A stretch of 64,000 bases of DNA from Planctomycetota bacterium. Its GTDB lineage: Bacteria; Planctomycetota; B15-G4. The stretch spans positions 1,472,001 to 1,536,000 of the forward strand of contig CBDFJQ010000002.1 in NCBI GenBank assembly GCA_965248575.1. The letters run 5' to 3'. The notes beneath the pieces are model-generated. The model was given only the letters and a program-made list of their open reading frames with translations, searched no databases and was not told the origin of the DNA. Numbering within the stretch: the stretch's first letter is position 1; every line of letters starts with the position of its first letter. This document shows, in pieces, positions 37,747 through 47,573 of the stretch. Made by a program: the position numbers and the translations under genes.

Positions 37747-40359
37747 TCAGGCTCTCCGATGGTCCACGTCGTCGGGCAGATTGAGCATGGCCCGTACCTC
37801 GATGTCCTCGTAGGCCAGCCGGTGATCAGCCCGCACGAAGATCTGCTTGTGCCCCTGGGCTTCCAGCTCCACGAGCACGCCCTTCTGGGTGTTCAGCACC
37901 GCCTCGGCCACTTCCGGCCGCACGGTGACAACCAGCACCGAACCCGGGCGCCAGAGGTTCTCACGAATCTTGCGGACCGTTGCCAGGCAGGAGGTCTCGT
38001 CCGACGGAATGAAGCCGGTGCTCTCGCAGTAGGGGCACTTCTGGTGCACCGTCCGCTTGAGACTGGGCCGCACTCGCTGGCGGGTCATTTCCAGGATGCC
38101 AAAGGGGGAGAAGCGGGCGACCTTGATCCGAGCCCGATCCTTGCGCAACTCGTCCTTGAAGAGCCGCTCCAGCTGCTTGCGGTGCTTCTCGAAGCGCATG
38201 TCGATGAAGTCGAGCACCACCACGCCGCCGAGATCCCGGAGCCGGAGCTGCCGAGCAATCTCCACGGCGGCCTCGCAATTCACGAGATAGGCGGTGTCAT
38301 CGATGGTCTTGGACTTGTCCGGCTTGAAGCGCCCGGAGTTGACGTCGATCGCGACGAGAGCCTCGGTCTGCTCGATGATCAGTGAAGCGCCGGACTTCAA
38401 CTCCAGGCGACTCTCCAGCAATCGTCCCAGCTCGGTTTCGATCCCGTAGTGGCTGAAGAGGGGCTTCTCCTCCGAGTAGGTCTGAATCTTCTCGACCTTC
38501 TCGGGCATGATCTGCCCGATGAACTCGCGCGCCGTGTTGGCGGTGGCTTCATCGTCGATGACGATTTCGCCCTCACCGTCGTAGAGGTCGCGCAAGGTGC
38601 GGATCACCAAGTCGTTCTCTTGGTACAGCAGGACCGGCGCCTTGTATTCCTCAGAGCGCGTCTGCATCTGCTCCCAAAGCTTGAGCAGGTAGTCGAGGTC
38701 TCGCTGCAGGTCTTCCTGGGTCGAACCGCTGCCGGCAGTGCGCACGATGAAGCCCAGCCCCTCCGGGGCCTCGAGCTTGCTGACGATCTTCTTGAGCCGC
38801 TCGCGATCGGCGTTGTTGGTGACCTTGCGCGACACCCCCCGCTTCTGGATGCCGGGCATGAGCACGATGAAGCGGCCGGGAATCGAGAGGTAGGTGGTGA
38901 GCGTCGGACCCTTGTTGCCGATGCCGTCCTTGATGACCTGGACCACGATCTCCTGGCCCTTCTGCAGAACGTCTTCCATGGCAGGCATCTGGCGGGGATC
39001 CCGGGCGCTGCTGCGGCCACCGGACTTGCCGCTCCGGCCATTGCGCCCTCCACGACGGCCGCCACGACGACCACCGCGACGGCTGCCACGCCCGGACTCG
39101 GCTCCCCCTTCTTCGCCGCCTGAGTCATCCGACGCGGACTCATCACCGTCGGTTTCCGTTTCCGTGGCGACGCCGCCTTCATCTTCGCCTTCCTCTTCCG
39201 AGGACTTGGCTGCGGGGCGACGCCCACCGCGACGGCGACGGCCCCCGCGACGACGACGACCGCCTCTTGAGGGGGCAACCGACTCGTCCGACGCGCCCTC
39301 ACCTTCGGTGGTCTGTGCGCTGCCGTCATCGGCCGTATCGGTCGCGGCGCCTTGTTCGGTTTCCGTCGAGTCCTCGTCGCCCTTCTCGTCGCCCTGGTCC
39401 TCGGAGTCTTGGTCCGAGTCGTCATCCTCAGTCAGTTCGCCGTGCGGGACGATCTCGTCGGGGACCTCGGCCTCGGCCTCGTCCTCGTCTCCATCGGCGG
39501 ACTCGTCATCGTCCTCATCATCGTCGAGTTCGCCGACCTCGTCGCCGCGAACGACTTCGAGGCGATCGCCTGTCCATCGATCCATGACGTCATCGGGGCT
39601 GTAGGAGAACTGCTCGTCGCTCTCGGCGTCAGCGTCCTCGTCAGCGTCTTCTCCCGCGTCGTCGACCAGGTCGTCGCCCTCGTCGAGATCCAGCTGCGGC
39701 TCGTCATGATCGAGCTGCGGCTCACCACCTTCCGGGGCATCCTGATCTGCTGCAGGCTCGCTGTCGGTCTCGCTCTCCACGACGTCTTCCGCCGTCGGCT
39801 CGTCCGCTGAGTCGCTCTCGCCACCCGTCTGGATCTTGAGCTTGAACTGCGCGGGACCGTCATCCAGCCCGTTGTCACCGGCTTCGGCCTTGGCGACATC
39901 GTCCACCGCCGGTTCGGCCTGTGCCTCCGTGCTTGAGTCAGGGTCAGCCTCTTCGCCACCCTCCTTGGAACTCTGCTTCGAGTTCTTGGCCTTGGACTCG
40001 GGCTCGACCACGTCTTCGTCGTGAGCGACTTCGCGAGCGGCCTGCACCTTGGACAACAGCTCCTTCGCGTCGTCTCCGACAGCTGACATGCACAGATCGG
40101 ACACGTGCAGGAAGCCCTGCCGGCTGTGACCGAACTCGATGAAGGCCGCGCCGATGGACTTCTCGACGTTGGTGACCTTCGCCTTGTAGATGTTGCCCAA
40201 CGTGCTGCCGATGGACTGGCGCTCGATGTAGTACTCATCGAGGCGTCCCGACTGGATGATTGCTATCCGGCTCTCTTCCGGTTCGCTGGCGTTGATGAGG
40301 AGCTTGCGACCTCCTGCCCCTCCTCCACCTCCGGAACTACTTCTGCGGCGTCTTGCCAT
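37747..40359 (-). CDS. rne: Ribonuclease E/G family protein with a large low-complexity insert in the S1 domain
   Basis: GNIYKAKV, GFLHVSD, EIVVQVIKDGIGNKGPTLTT, AIDVNSG, RLRDLGGVVVLDFIDM and CPYC motifs; AAGGAG RBS upstream. Confidence 0.93.
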   Translation of the reverse strand: MARRRRSSSGGGGGAGGRKLLINASEPEESRIAIIQSGRLDEYYIERQSIGSTLGNIYKAKVTNVEKSIGAAFIEFGHSRQGFLHVSDLCMSAVGDDAKELLSKVQAAREVAHDEDVVEPESKAKNSKQSSKEGGEEADPDSSTEAQAEPAVDDVAKAEAGDNGLDDGPAQFKLKIQTGGESDSADEPTAEDVVESETDSEPAADQDAPEGGEPQLDHDEPQLDLDEGDDLVDDAGEDADEDADAESDEQFSYSPDDVMDRWTGDRLEVVRGDEVGELDDDEDDDESADGDEDEAEAEVPDEIVPHGELTEDDDSDQDSEDQGDEKGDEDSTETEQGAATDTADDGSAQTTEGEGASDESVAPSRGGRRRRGGRRRRGGRRPAAKSSEEEGEDEGGVATETETDGDESASDDSGGEEGGAESGRGSRRGGRRGGRRGGRNGRSGKSGGRSSARDPRQMPAMEDVLQKGQEIVVQVIKDGIGNKGPTLTTYLSIPGRFIVLMPGIQKRGVSRKVTNNADRERLKKIVSKLEAPEGLGFIVRTAGSGSTQEDLQRDLDYLLKLWEQMQTRSEEYKAPVLLYQENDLVIRTLRDLYDGEGEIVIDDEATANTAREFIGQIMPEKVEKIQTYSEEKPLFSHYGIETELGRLLESRLELKSGASLIIEQTEALVAIDVNSGRFKPDKSKTIDDTAYLVNCEAAVEIARQLRLRDLGGVVVLDFIDMRFEKHRKQLERLFKDELRKDRARIKVARFSPFGILEMTRQRVRPSLKRTVHQKCPYCESTGFIPSDETSCLATVRKIRENLWRPGSVLVVTVRPEVAEAVLNTQKGVLVELEAQGHKQIFVRADHRLAYEDIEVRAMLNLPDDVDHRRA

Positions 40360-41030
40360 GTATCGGCTCCTTGACGTCGCTCCACGGCTGCCAACTTCGT
40401 GAACACTCCGAAAACCGGAGTCTCGGCCCCCGCTTCCCGCGCCAGCTGGCTCAGTGCTTCGGCCAGGGGTCCGGGTCTGGGGGGACGTCCATCCACGGCG
40501 ATCAGATCCACGAGCAGGTGCGACTGTTCGCCGCCCTCGCCATCAAGGCCCCCACCACGGAGACTGGCCCGTACTTCGACGGTCCGTTCCCGGCGGGGAT
40601 CCTTTACGTGAAACTCATCGCGCATCAGCAATGCAGTGAGCGCGTCGGCTGCGGACTTCTCACCGGAAACCATGTCTAGGCGATAGCGGACGGTGGGCGA
40701 TTCGGCCGGGGGAGACCCTCGGCAAACGTCCACCAGACCCACGCTCTCGGGGAGCGCGGGTTCCAAGCACGCCCGGATCTGGTCCGGCGGCAAGTCCTCG
40801 TTCAGGATCAGGCGTATCCATTCGCCGGTCGAGGCCACTCCCAGCGGGAGGGCATCCGCGAACATCAACTTGATCCGTGGGTTGAATCCTTGTGTGTACT
40901 GCACGGGGATGCCGCTGCGTCGCAGCGAGCGTTCCATGAGTCGCAGGAAATCGAGCTGGCCCATAAAGCGTGCATCTCCTTGCTTGGAGATACACACGTT
41001 GATGGGGTACCGAGCGACCGCTTCGACCAT
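40263..41030 (-). CDS. DUF2344/TIGR03936 radical-SAM-associated-like protein
   Basis: KQGDARFMGQLDFLRLMERSLRRSGIPVQYTQGFNPRIKLMFADALPLG segment. Confidence 0.85.
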   Translation of the reverse strand: MVEAVARYPINVCISKQGDARFMGQLDFLRLMERSLRRSGIPVQYTQGFNPRIKLMFADALPLGVASTGEWIRLILNEDLPPDQIRACLEPALPESVGLVDVCRGSPPAESPTVRYRLDMVSGEKSAADALTALLMRDEFHVKDPRRERTVEVRASLRGGGLDGEGGEQSHLLVDLIAVDGRPPRPGPLAEALSQLAREAGAETPVFGVFTKLAAVERRQGADTWQDAAEVVPEVEEGQEVASSSSTPANRKRAG

Positions 41031-41199
41031 GGGGTCCCGTCCGTGGCCGGCTCCGCCCCGGATCCTTTCCGGTTTTGGTGCCGCGCCAATCGCGACAGGA
41101 TAAGATCCGGGCTCTCCCAGACAAGCGCCGTCCGCTGACCAAGTGGCTCCGGTGGGACCCGGGCGGCCTCACGAGGGCTCCAAACGGGCTGCCTCTCCC

Positions 41200-41490
41200 T
41201 CAGACCTCGCCGAATCCTGCCTGCACGAGGGCTTCCAGAGCCTGGAGGGCTTCTCGAGCCTGGGTGCCCTGGGCCAGGATTTCCAGCTCGCAGCCGAGGG
41301 CGCCCTGGAGCCGCATCATGTCCAGCACGCTCGATCCGTTGGCCTCACCACCGGGCCCACGGACCCGAACGGCCACTTCGAAGCGGCTGACAGTACGCAC
41401 GAATTCGCTGATCGGACGGGCATGCAGACCCTGGGGGTTCACGATGCGAACCCGTGTGCTCAGCTCCTGATGATGACCGCCGCCGCTCAC
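41200..41490 (-). CDS. ptsH: HPr phosphocarrier protein
   Basis: NPQGLHARP (His15) and NGSSVLDMM (Ser46 region). Confidence 0.92.
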   Translation of the reverse strand: MSGGGHHQELSTRVRIVNPQGLHARPISEFVRTVSRFEVAVRVRGPGGEANGSSVLDMMRLQGALGCELEILAQGTQAREALQALEALVQAGFGEV

Positions 41491-41505
41491 GTGTGCAGAG
41501 GCTGC

Positions 41506-41979
41506 CTACGTCGCCCGCTCTTGAAGCACATCCAGCACGGCTTCGGGAGTCTGGGCCTGGCGCACGAAGCTGACGAAGTCGGGGTCCCGGACCGACTTGC
41601 TGATCCAGCGGAGGGTCTCGAGGTGCTCTTCGGCACGGTTTTCTGGAGAGATCAGCAACAAGAAGGCGTGAACCGGCTCGCCATCGATGGACCGAAAGTC
41701 GACGCCCTCCGCGGAGCGGGCCACGATGCCCGCCGGCTTCTTGAGGCCCGGAATTCGGGCGTGAGGGACGGCGATCCCCTTGCCGAAGGCCGTGCTGCCA
41801 CGCTGCTCACGTTCCACCAGCACTTCCAGGACCTGCTCCTTGCGCCCCTTGGGCAGCACCTTGGCCGCGATGGCGTGGCTGACCAGGGAGTCGAGGATCA
41901 TCTCCTTGGAGCCGTTGGGCAAGTCCATCAGGACCGATTCGAGGGTGAACACCTCAAGCAAGAGGGAAGGTGTGGTCAT
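41506..41979 (-). CDS. ptsN: PTS IIA component (Ntr/fructose-type)
   Basis: REQRGSTAFGKGIAVPHAR and FRSIDGEPV motifs; rpoN-operon context. Confidence 0.88.
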   Translation of the reverse strand: MTTPSLLLEVFTLESVLMDLPNGSKEMILDSLVSHAIAAKVLPKGRKEQVLEVLVEREQRGSTAFGKGIAVPHARIPGLKKPAGIVARSAEGVDFRSIDGEPVHAFLLLISPENRAEEHLETLRWISKSVRDPDFVSFVRQAQTPEAVLDVLQERAT

Positions 41980-42302
41980 GGGTTCCTTTTTGGGCTTTCG
42001 CCTCGGTGGTGGTCCTTCAGGCGCTCCTTGGCCTTCACGACCTGCCGTTCCAGTTTGTCGACCACCCGGTCAATGCAGGCCATGACCGAGGAGTTGGTCG
42101 CATGCCCTACAAAATGCATGTGGTGATTTGCGGAGACAATGACCTCGACCGAGTGCTCCTCATGCTCACGGTCGAGAACGATCTCGATGTGCTGCACGCC
42201 GTCGAAGAAGCGGGTGAGCTTCTCGACCTTCTCGCGTGCGTAGTCCTTGACCGAATCGGCGTGCTGCGCATGCCGGTCCGTGAGATCGATTCGCACTGTC
42301 AT
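41976..42302 (-). CDS. hpf: Ribosome hibernation promoting factor (short HPF/RaiA)
   Basis: YAREKVEKLTRFF and IDRVVDKLERQVVKAKERL motifs. Confidence 0.92.
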   Translation of the reverse strand: MTVRIDLTDRHAQHADSVKDYAREKVEKLTRFFDGVQHIEIVLDREHEEHSVEVIVSANHHMHFVGHATNSSVMACIDRVVDKLERQVVKAKERLKDHHRGESPKRNP

Positions 42303-42374
42303 GCGCTTGCCCCAAGGGAGATTTCGCGGCCTCGTCTGAATCCGAAGAAAGTCGGAAGCTGACCACGATGGAGG

Positions 42375-43250
42375 TCAGGATAGCAGTCCGTGGCGGCGGG
42401 CGCGCCCCCGTGGGTCGCACTTGTAGTCGACCCGCCAGAGGAACAAAGCGTGGGCCGGGAGGGAGGCGGGTGCCTGGGTGCGATCAGCGGCCATCAGCAG
42501 TCCTGGCACCTCGCCGGGCAGGACGCGGCCCCGGCCCACTTCCACGAGCAAGCCGGCCATGAGCCGCACCATTCCGTACAGAAAGCCCTCCCCTGAAACG
42601 ACGAGGCGCACGCTCCGCCCAAAGCGCAGCAAGCGGACCGCTGTGACCGTCCGAACCGTGCCCCTCTCGGCGGGCATGACTTTGCTGAGCAGCGTGAAGT
42701 CGTGGGTCCCGGTGAGGGCTCGGGCCGCCAGCCTCATGGCCCCCAGATCCAGGTCGTCCGGCACCGCGAGGTGGGTTCCGCGACGATGAGGCGGGACGGA
42801 TCGCTGGATGAGACGCTCGCCACCTCGCAGCGGGGAGAGGTGCAGCTGGTAGACGTAGCTCTTGCGGATCGCCGAGTGCCGCGCATGGAAGTCCACGGCG
42901 GCGGGAACCAGGCTGACCGGCCGGACCGAGAGCGGGAGCAAGCCAGACAACGCCCCGCCCAGGCGCCTCTGGTCCATGCCCCCCTCGTCGTCGAAGTGAG
43001 CCACCTGCCCCAGGGCGTGGACCCCCGCATCCGTGCGGCCAGAGCCGACGATCCGAACGGACCGATCCAAGACCTCGGACAAGGCCTCCTCCAACACCCC
43101 CTGCACGGTTCGACGGTCTGGTTGAACCTGCCAACCCGAGAAATCGGCGCCGTCGTAGGCCACGGTCAGGCAGCGACGACTCGTCGCCGACCGGCCAGCC
43201 TGCCCCAACGTGCCGTCGCTCACTCCGTCGTCCTCGACACCTTCAGCCAT
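42375..43250 (-). CDS. truA: tRNA pseudouridine(38-40) synthase
   Basis: YDGADFSGWQ, GSGRTDAGVHALGQ and FLYGMVR motifs. Confidence 0.95.
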   Translation of the reverse strand: MAEGVEDDGVSDGTLGQAGRSATSRRCLTVAYDGADFSGWQVQPDRRTVQGVLEEALSEVLDRSVRIVGSGRTDAGVHALGQVAHFDDEGGMDQRRLGGALSGLLPLSVRPVSLVPAAVDFHARHSAIRKSYVYQLHLSPLRGGERLIQRSVPPHRRGTHLAVPDDLDLGAMRLAARALTGTHDFTLLSKVMPAERGTVRTVTAVRLLRFGRSVRLVVSGEGFLYGMVRLMAGLLVEVGRGRVLPGEVPGLLMAADRTQAPASLPAHALFLWRVDYKCDPRGRARRHGLLS

Positions 43251-44640
43251 ACACCCGGCGGGCGCGGGACGAGCCGATCTTCATGGCCTTGCGGTACTTG
43301 GTCACCGTGCGCCGGGCGATCTCCAACCCGTGCTCCTGCTTGAGGATGCCCACGATGCCTTCGTCCGATAGGGGCTTGCTCTTGTTCTCGCCCTCGATGA
43401 TGGAGCGCACCATTTCCTGGACCGAGGCCCGCGAGGCCACGTCGCCCCCCGCTGTCGGTTGAGCCGAGGCGACTTCGCCGGTGAACAGCGCCTTCATGGG
43501 CATGATGCCCCGGGGCGTCTGCATGTACTTGCCGCTGATGGCACGGCTCACCGTACTGACGTGCACACCCAGCACATCGGCGACTTCCTGCATGCGCAAC
43601 GGCCGCAAGGCCGACTTGCCGTGGTCGATGAACTCTGACTGGCGGTTGACCAATTCGCTGGCCACGCGAAAGAGCGTGTTCTTGCGCTGCTCGACGGCGT
43701 CGATCAGGGACTGGGCGCTCTCGATCTTGGACCGGATGTGCTTTCGCAGCTCGGCAGGTTGGCTCCGGTCGCGCGCTCGGTCGATGTAGGCGCGCGACAC
43801 GGTGAGTGCAGGGATCCAGTCATTCTCCAGCGCGATCTCGTAGTCATCGCCGACGCGATTCACGACGACGTCCGGCCGCACGTGAGGGACCTCTCGACGC
43901 CCGAAGCTGCGCCCGGGCACGGGGTCCAAGTGACTGATGGTCTCGATCCCCGCCAGCACGACATCCACGGGCTCACCTGTCTCCCTGACGATGCGCGGGA
44001 TGCGGTTGTGTGCGATGTCATCCAGGTGCTGGATGACCAGCGAAGCGAGCAGCTGGTAGTTGCTGAGGTGTTCGTCGAGCTGCAGCAACAGGCACTCGAT
44101 GAGGTCGCGGCAGCCCACACCGCGCGGTTCGAGGGACTGCACGATGTGCAGCGCGTGCTCCTTCTCCTCGTGGGTCGCGCCAGGGTTCAGCCCGTCATCG
44201 AGCTCGCTGAGCTCGATGTCGAGCCAGCCACGATCGTTCAAGGCCTCCAACAGCGAATGGGCCACGGACTGTTCGCGTGACTCCAGCTCGAGCACGTCCA
44301 GCTGACGGATCAGATGGTCGTGCAGGGTGACCGGAGCCGCACTGACCGCTTCCAGGTACTCGGTCCGCGAGATCTTGTCGTCGCTGGCGGCCGGCTTCCA
44401 CTCCGGATCCTCGTTGTAGAGCTCCTCGAGACGCTCATCTCCGAACTCCTCCTCGGTGGCGCTCTCGGTGTCGGACAACTCCGTGTCGACCTCCAACACC
44501 TCGTTCTCCTGCAGCTCCTGCTGGACCATGTTCGCCAGATCGAGGGCGGGCAGCTGCAAGACCTCGATGCGCTGCAGGATCTGCGGCGAGAGGCGCAACT
44601 GCATGTCCGTGCGCAGGGACTGGTTCATCCCGACCTTCAT
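43243..44640 (-). CDS. rpoN: RNA polymerase sigma-54 factor
   Basis: Q/L-rich region I, HVSTVSRAISGKY, PLSD and RpoN box ARRTVTKYR. Confidence 0.97.
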   Translation of the reverse strand: MKVGMNQSLRTDMQLRLSPQILQRIEVLQLPALDLANMVQQELQENEVLEVDTELSDTESATEEEFGDERLEELYNEDPEWKPAASDDKISRTEYLEAVSAAPVTLHDHLIRQLDVLELESREQSVAHSLLEALNDRGWLDIELSELDDGLNPGATHEEKEHALHIVQSLEPRGVGCRDLIECLLLQLDEHLSNYQLLASLVIQHLDDIAHNRIPRIVRETGEPVDVVLAGIETISHLDPVPGRSFGRREVPHVRPDVVVNRVGDDYEIALENDWIPALTVSRAYIDRARDRSQPAELRKHIRSKIESAQSLIDAVEQRKNTLFRVASELVNRQSEFIDHGKSALRPLRMQEVADVLGVHVSTVSRAISGKYMQTPRGIMPMKALFTGEVASAQPTAGGDVASRASVQEMVRSIIEGENKSKPLSDEGIVGILKQEHGLEIARRTVTKYRKAMKIGSSRARRVYG

Positions 44641-45329
44641 GATGCCGGCGGCCCCGATTCGACATCGCTCGGCAGATCGACTCCCGGCGGGGAGACAGCT
44701 TGGGGCTTCGCTGCCGCTTTCCCGTCAGCCTTGGTGTCCATCGACGCCCGGCCGCGGAGCGAGTCGGACAACATGGCCGCGTTGCTGTACTCGATCGCAC
44801 TCCCTGAGGCCACGCCCCGGGCGATGCGCGAGACCAACACCCCGCTGTCCGCGAGGCTGCGCTTGACGTGCAAGGCCGTAGCGTCCCCTTCATAGTCCGG
44901 GTTGGTGGCCAGGATCACCTCGCGCACGGTGCCGTCCATGACGCGCTGGACCAGGGAATCGATGGTCAGGTCCCGGGCCTCGATCCCCTCGAGCGGGTTC
45001 ACGTGACCGAGCAAGACGTGATAGTGACCCGACCAGCCCGCGTCCTCGAAGGCTGGAACATCCCGCGGTTGCTCCACCACCAGGACGCGGCTTGCGTCCC
45101 GGGTCGAGTCGGTGCAGACGGCGCACGGGCTGCCGTCCGCAAGATTGTGGCAGCGCTCGCAGGCCACCACGCTGGCCGAGAGCGCGGCCAAGGCCTCCGC
45201 CAATTCCGCAGCCTCGCCAGCCGGCGCGCGCAAGAGGTGGAAAGTGAGACGCTCGGCAGTGCGCGTCCCCACGCCGGGCAGGCTCTTGAAGGCCTCGATC
45301 AGGCGCGTCACAGACGGTGGATACGCCAT
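44637..45329 (-). CDS. recR: Recombination protein RecR
   Basis: LPGVGTRTAERL, a C4 zinc finger and TOPRIM EVILATNPDYEGDATA. Confidence 0.96.
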   Translation of the reverse strand: MAYPPSVTRLIEAFKSLPGVGTRTAERLTFHLLRAPAGEAAELAEALAALSASVVACERCHNLADGSPCAVCTDSTRDASRVLVVEQPRDVPAFEDAGWSGHYHVLLGHVNPLEGIEARDLTIDSLVQRVMDGTVREVILATNPDYEGDATALHVKRSLADSGVLVSRIARGVASGSAIEYSNAAMLSDSLRGRASMDTKADGKAAAKPQAVSPPGVDLPSDVESGPPAS

Positions 45330-45332
45330 TGA

Positions 45333-45638
45333 CTAGAACTCGGGCAGCTTCAGCCCGCCCACCAAGCGAGCTCGCTGTTCTTCGCGATAGGTGCGACTGG
45401 CCTCCGTGGCCTGCCGCAAGGCAGCCAGGATCGTCTCCTGCAACAGAGGGGCATCCCCCGTGGCGACCAGCTCAGGATCCAGCTCCATGGCGACCACGTC
45501 TCCGGCGCCATTCACTCGCACCACGACCCCGCCTGATCCCGCACTGCCCTCGGTCACGTGACCCTTGAGGGTCTCGTCGAGTTCGGCCAACGCCTTCTCG
45601 AGATTCTTGGCCTTCTCAAGCAGGTGGCGAAAGTCCAT
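45333..45638 (-). CDS. ybaB: YbaB/EbfC nucleoid-associated protein
   Basis: EGSAGSGGVVVRVNG motif; located between dnaX and recR; start ATG 45638. Confidence 0.9.
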   Translation of the reverse strand: MDFRHLLEKAKNLEKALAELDETLKGHVTEGSAGSGGVVVRVNGAGDVVAMELDPELVATGDAPLLQETILAALRQATEASRTYREEQRARLVGGLKLPEF

Positions 45639-45709
45639 GCGGCAACTCCGGTGACTGGCGATGACGTCCCGGATCAACGCCGGGTGGCCCGATCGTGCCC
45701 GAGCTTGCC

Positions 45710-47500
45710 CTAGAAGTCGACTCTCTCGGCCCCTGGCCACTGCTGTTCGATGCCCTGCCCGATCGTCCCCTCGGACGAGGCCGGTGCCCCCGCACCGCTC
45801 GCTTTGCCCCCAGCACGTGCCCCACCCGAGCCCCCCGCACTTCCGGCCGATGCCGCCGGACCAGCGCTCTTCTTGAGCAGCTTGAGGTGCAAGGTGCGTC
45901 CCTCGATCCGGGAACCGACCTCCGCCAGCTGCTTCGCCAACTGCTTGTCGCTCGTCGGGTCGTAGAGGGGCGATGGACCGTCATCCGGCAACTGGATCAC
46001 GAGCGCATCACCGTTTATGCCGATGCCGCCATAACGCTCCATGTCCATCCGCAAGGAGCGGGAAGGCAGGGCCTCGATGAATCGATCGCGAAAGCTGGCT
46101 GGCGCGGACGGCTCCGGGCTCGCGTCATGAGCTGCGGGTTGCGCAGCTGGGGCCGCAGGAGCAGCCGGGGCCGGCGCTGGAACCGGTTCAGACGGAGCTG
46201 GAGAGCGGGCGGTCGCAGCTGACTCTTCTCCCCAGGCATTCTGTTCACGCGCCGCCGGGGCAGGGGCTGCCTTGGCAGGGGCTGGCTTGGGGGCGGCTGC
46301 CTTGCCGGTGGATGCCGTGCCCTTGGATGCCGGACGGACGCGAGGCTGCGGCGCTGCGGAGCTTGGCTGTGCCGCCAGACCGCCGGACGCCAGGACATCC
46401 GCAACAGGCTGCAGCTGTTGCAGACGCGCCAGCGTGATCAAGGCCATCTCCACCACTAGGCGGCCGTCGTGCCGACGCTTGAGGCGCTCGGTCGCCTCGA
46501 CGAGCACGTCGAGCATCGCCATGACGTGATCGACCGAAGCTGCGGCCCCCAGTTGCTTCAGTGTCTCGCGCTCTTCGGGCGTCCGATCGGCGGGCTCTCC
46601 CCCTGCGCAGGTGACCAAGACACCTTCCATGAGCTCGATCAGCTGCGAGATCAGGTCGGCGGGACGTGCGCCGCGACCCAATGCATCTGCGGCGGCCTGC
46701 ACGACGCCGTCCACCTCCCCCGCCAGGGAGGCCCGAACGACTTCCTCAAGCAGCTCAGGCGGAAGCCGCCCGGTGAGACGCTCGAAGTCGTCCACCGTGG
46801 GCGTGCCTTCACCGAAGGTGATGAGCTGGTCGAGCAGGGTCATGGCATCGCGCATGCCGCCATTGGCGTGTCGGGCGATACGGTCCAGCAAGCCCTGTTC
46901 GACCGGCACCTTCTCGGATTCGCAGATCTGCGCGATGTGCTTGCCGATCACGTCCGCGGTCAGGCGTCGGAAGTCGAACATCTGGCAACGGGAGCGAATC
47001 GTCTCCGGAACCTTCAGAGGTTCCGTGGTGGCCAGGATGAACTTCGCGTGCTCCGGGGGCTCTTCCAACGTCTTCAACAAGGCGTTGAAGGCCGCGGTGG
47101 ACAGCATGTGCACCTCGTCCACGATGTAGATGCGGTAGCGGGACTCCACGGGCCGGAAGCGCAGGTTCTCGATGAGGTCGCGCACGTTCTCGACGCGGTT
47201 GTGGGAAGCCCCGTCGATCTCCACCACATCAAGACAATCGCCCGTCCCGTCGATGGCCTTGCAGACGTTGCATTCGCCGCAGGGGTCCCCCTTGTCGCTG
47301 CCGTGACAGTTGAACGCCTTGGCCAGGATCCTGGCCATCGACGTCTTGCCTACGCCACGCGGACCGGAGAACAGGAAGGCGTGCCCCGCTCGACCATCCC
47401 TGACAGCGGAATGCAGCACTCGAGCGACATCGGATTGACCCGCAACCTGATCGAAAGTGCGAGGTCGAAAGCGGATTGCGAGAACGGTGTAGCCAGCCAT
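45710..47500 (-). CDS. dnaX: DNA polymerase III subunit gamma/tau
   Basis: RFRPRTFDQVAGQ, GPRGVGKTS, DEVHMLS and ETIRSRC motifs; start ATG 47500. Confidence 0.97.
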   Translation of the reverse strand: MAGYTVLAIRFRPRTFDQVAGQSDVARVLHSAVRDGRAGHAFLFSGPRGVGKTSMARILAKAFNCHGSDKGDPCGECNVCKAIDGTGDCLDVVEIDGASHNRVENVRDLIENLRFRPVESRYRIYIVDEVHMLSTAAFNALLKTLEEPPEHAKFILATTEPLKVPETIRSRCQMFDFRRLTADVIGKHIAQICESEKVPVEQGLLDRIARHANGGMRDAMTLLDQLITFGEGTPTVDDFERLTGRLPPELLEEVVRASLAGEVDGVVQAAADALGRGARPADLISQLIELMEGVLVTCAGGEPADRTPEERETLKQLGAAASVDHVMAMLDVLVEATERLKRRHDGRLVVEMALITLARLQQLQPVADVLASGGLAAQPSSAAPQPRVRPASKGTASTGKAAAPKPAPAKAAPAPAAREQNAWGEESAATARSPAPSEPVPAPAPAAPAAPAAQPAAHDASPEPSAPASFRDRFIEALPSRSLRMDMERYGGIGINGDALVIQLPDDGPSPLYDPTSDKQLAKQLAEVGSRIEGRTLHLKLLKKSAGPAASAGSAGGSGGARAGGKASGAGAPASSEGTIGQGIEQQWPGAERVDF

Positions 47501-47573
47501 CCGGGCGAGTCTAGCAGTCCGGCTCAACAGCGGGCGAACGGAGGGCTGCTCAGCACCGGTTGCTGGAAGTGGC

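Noticed and set aside
46100..46400. Pro/Ala-rich low-complexity stretch in dnaX
   Set aside because: Normal flexible linker of the tau subunit; no slippery poly-A frameshift site seen.
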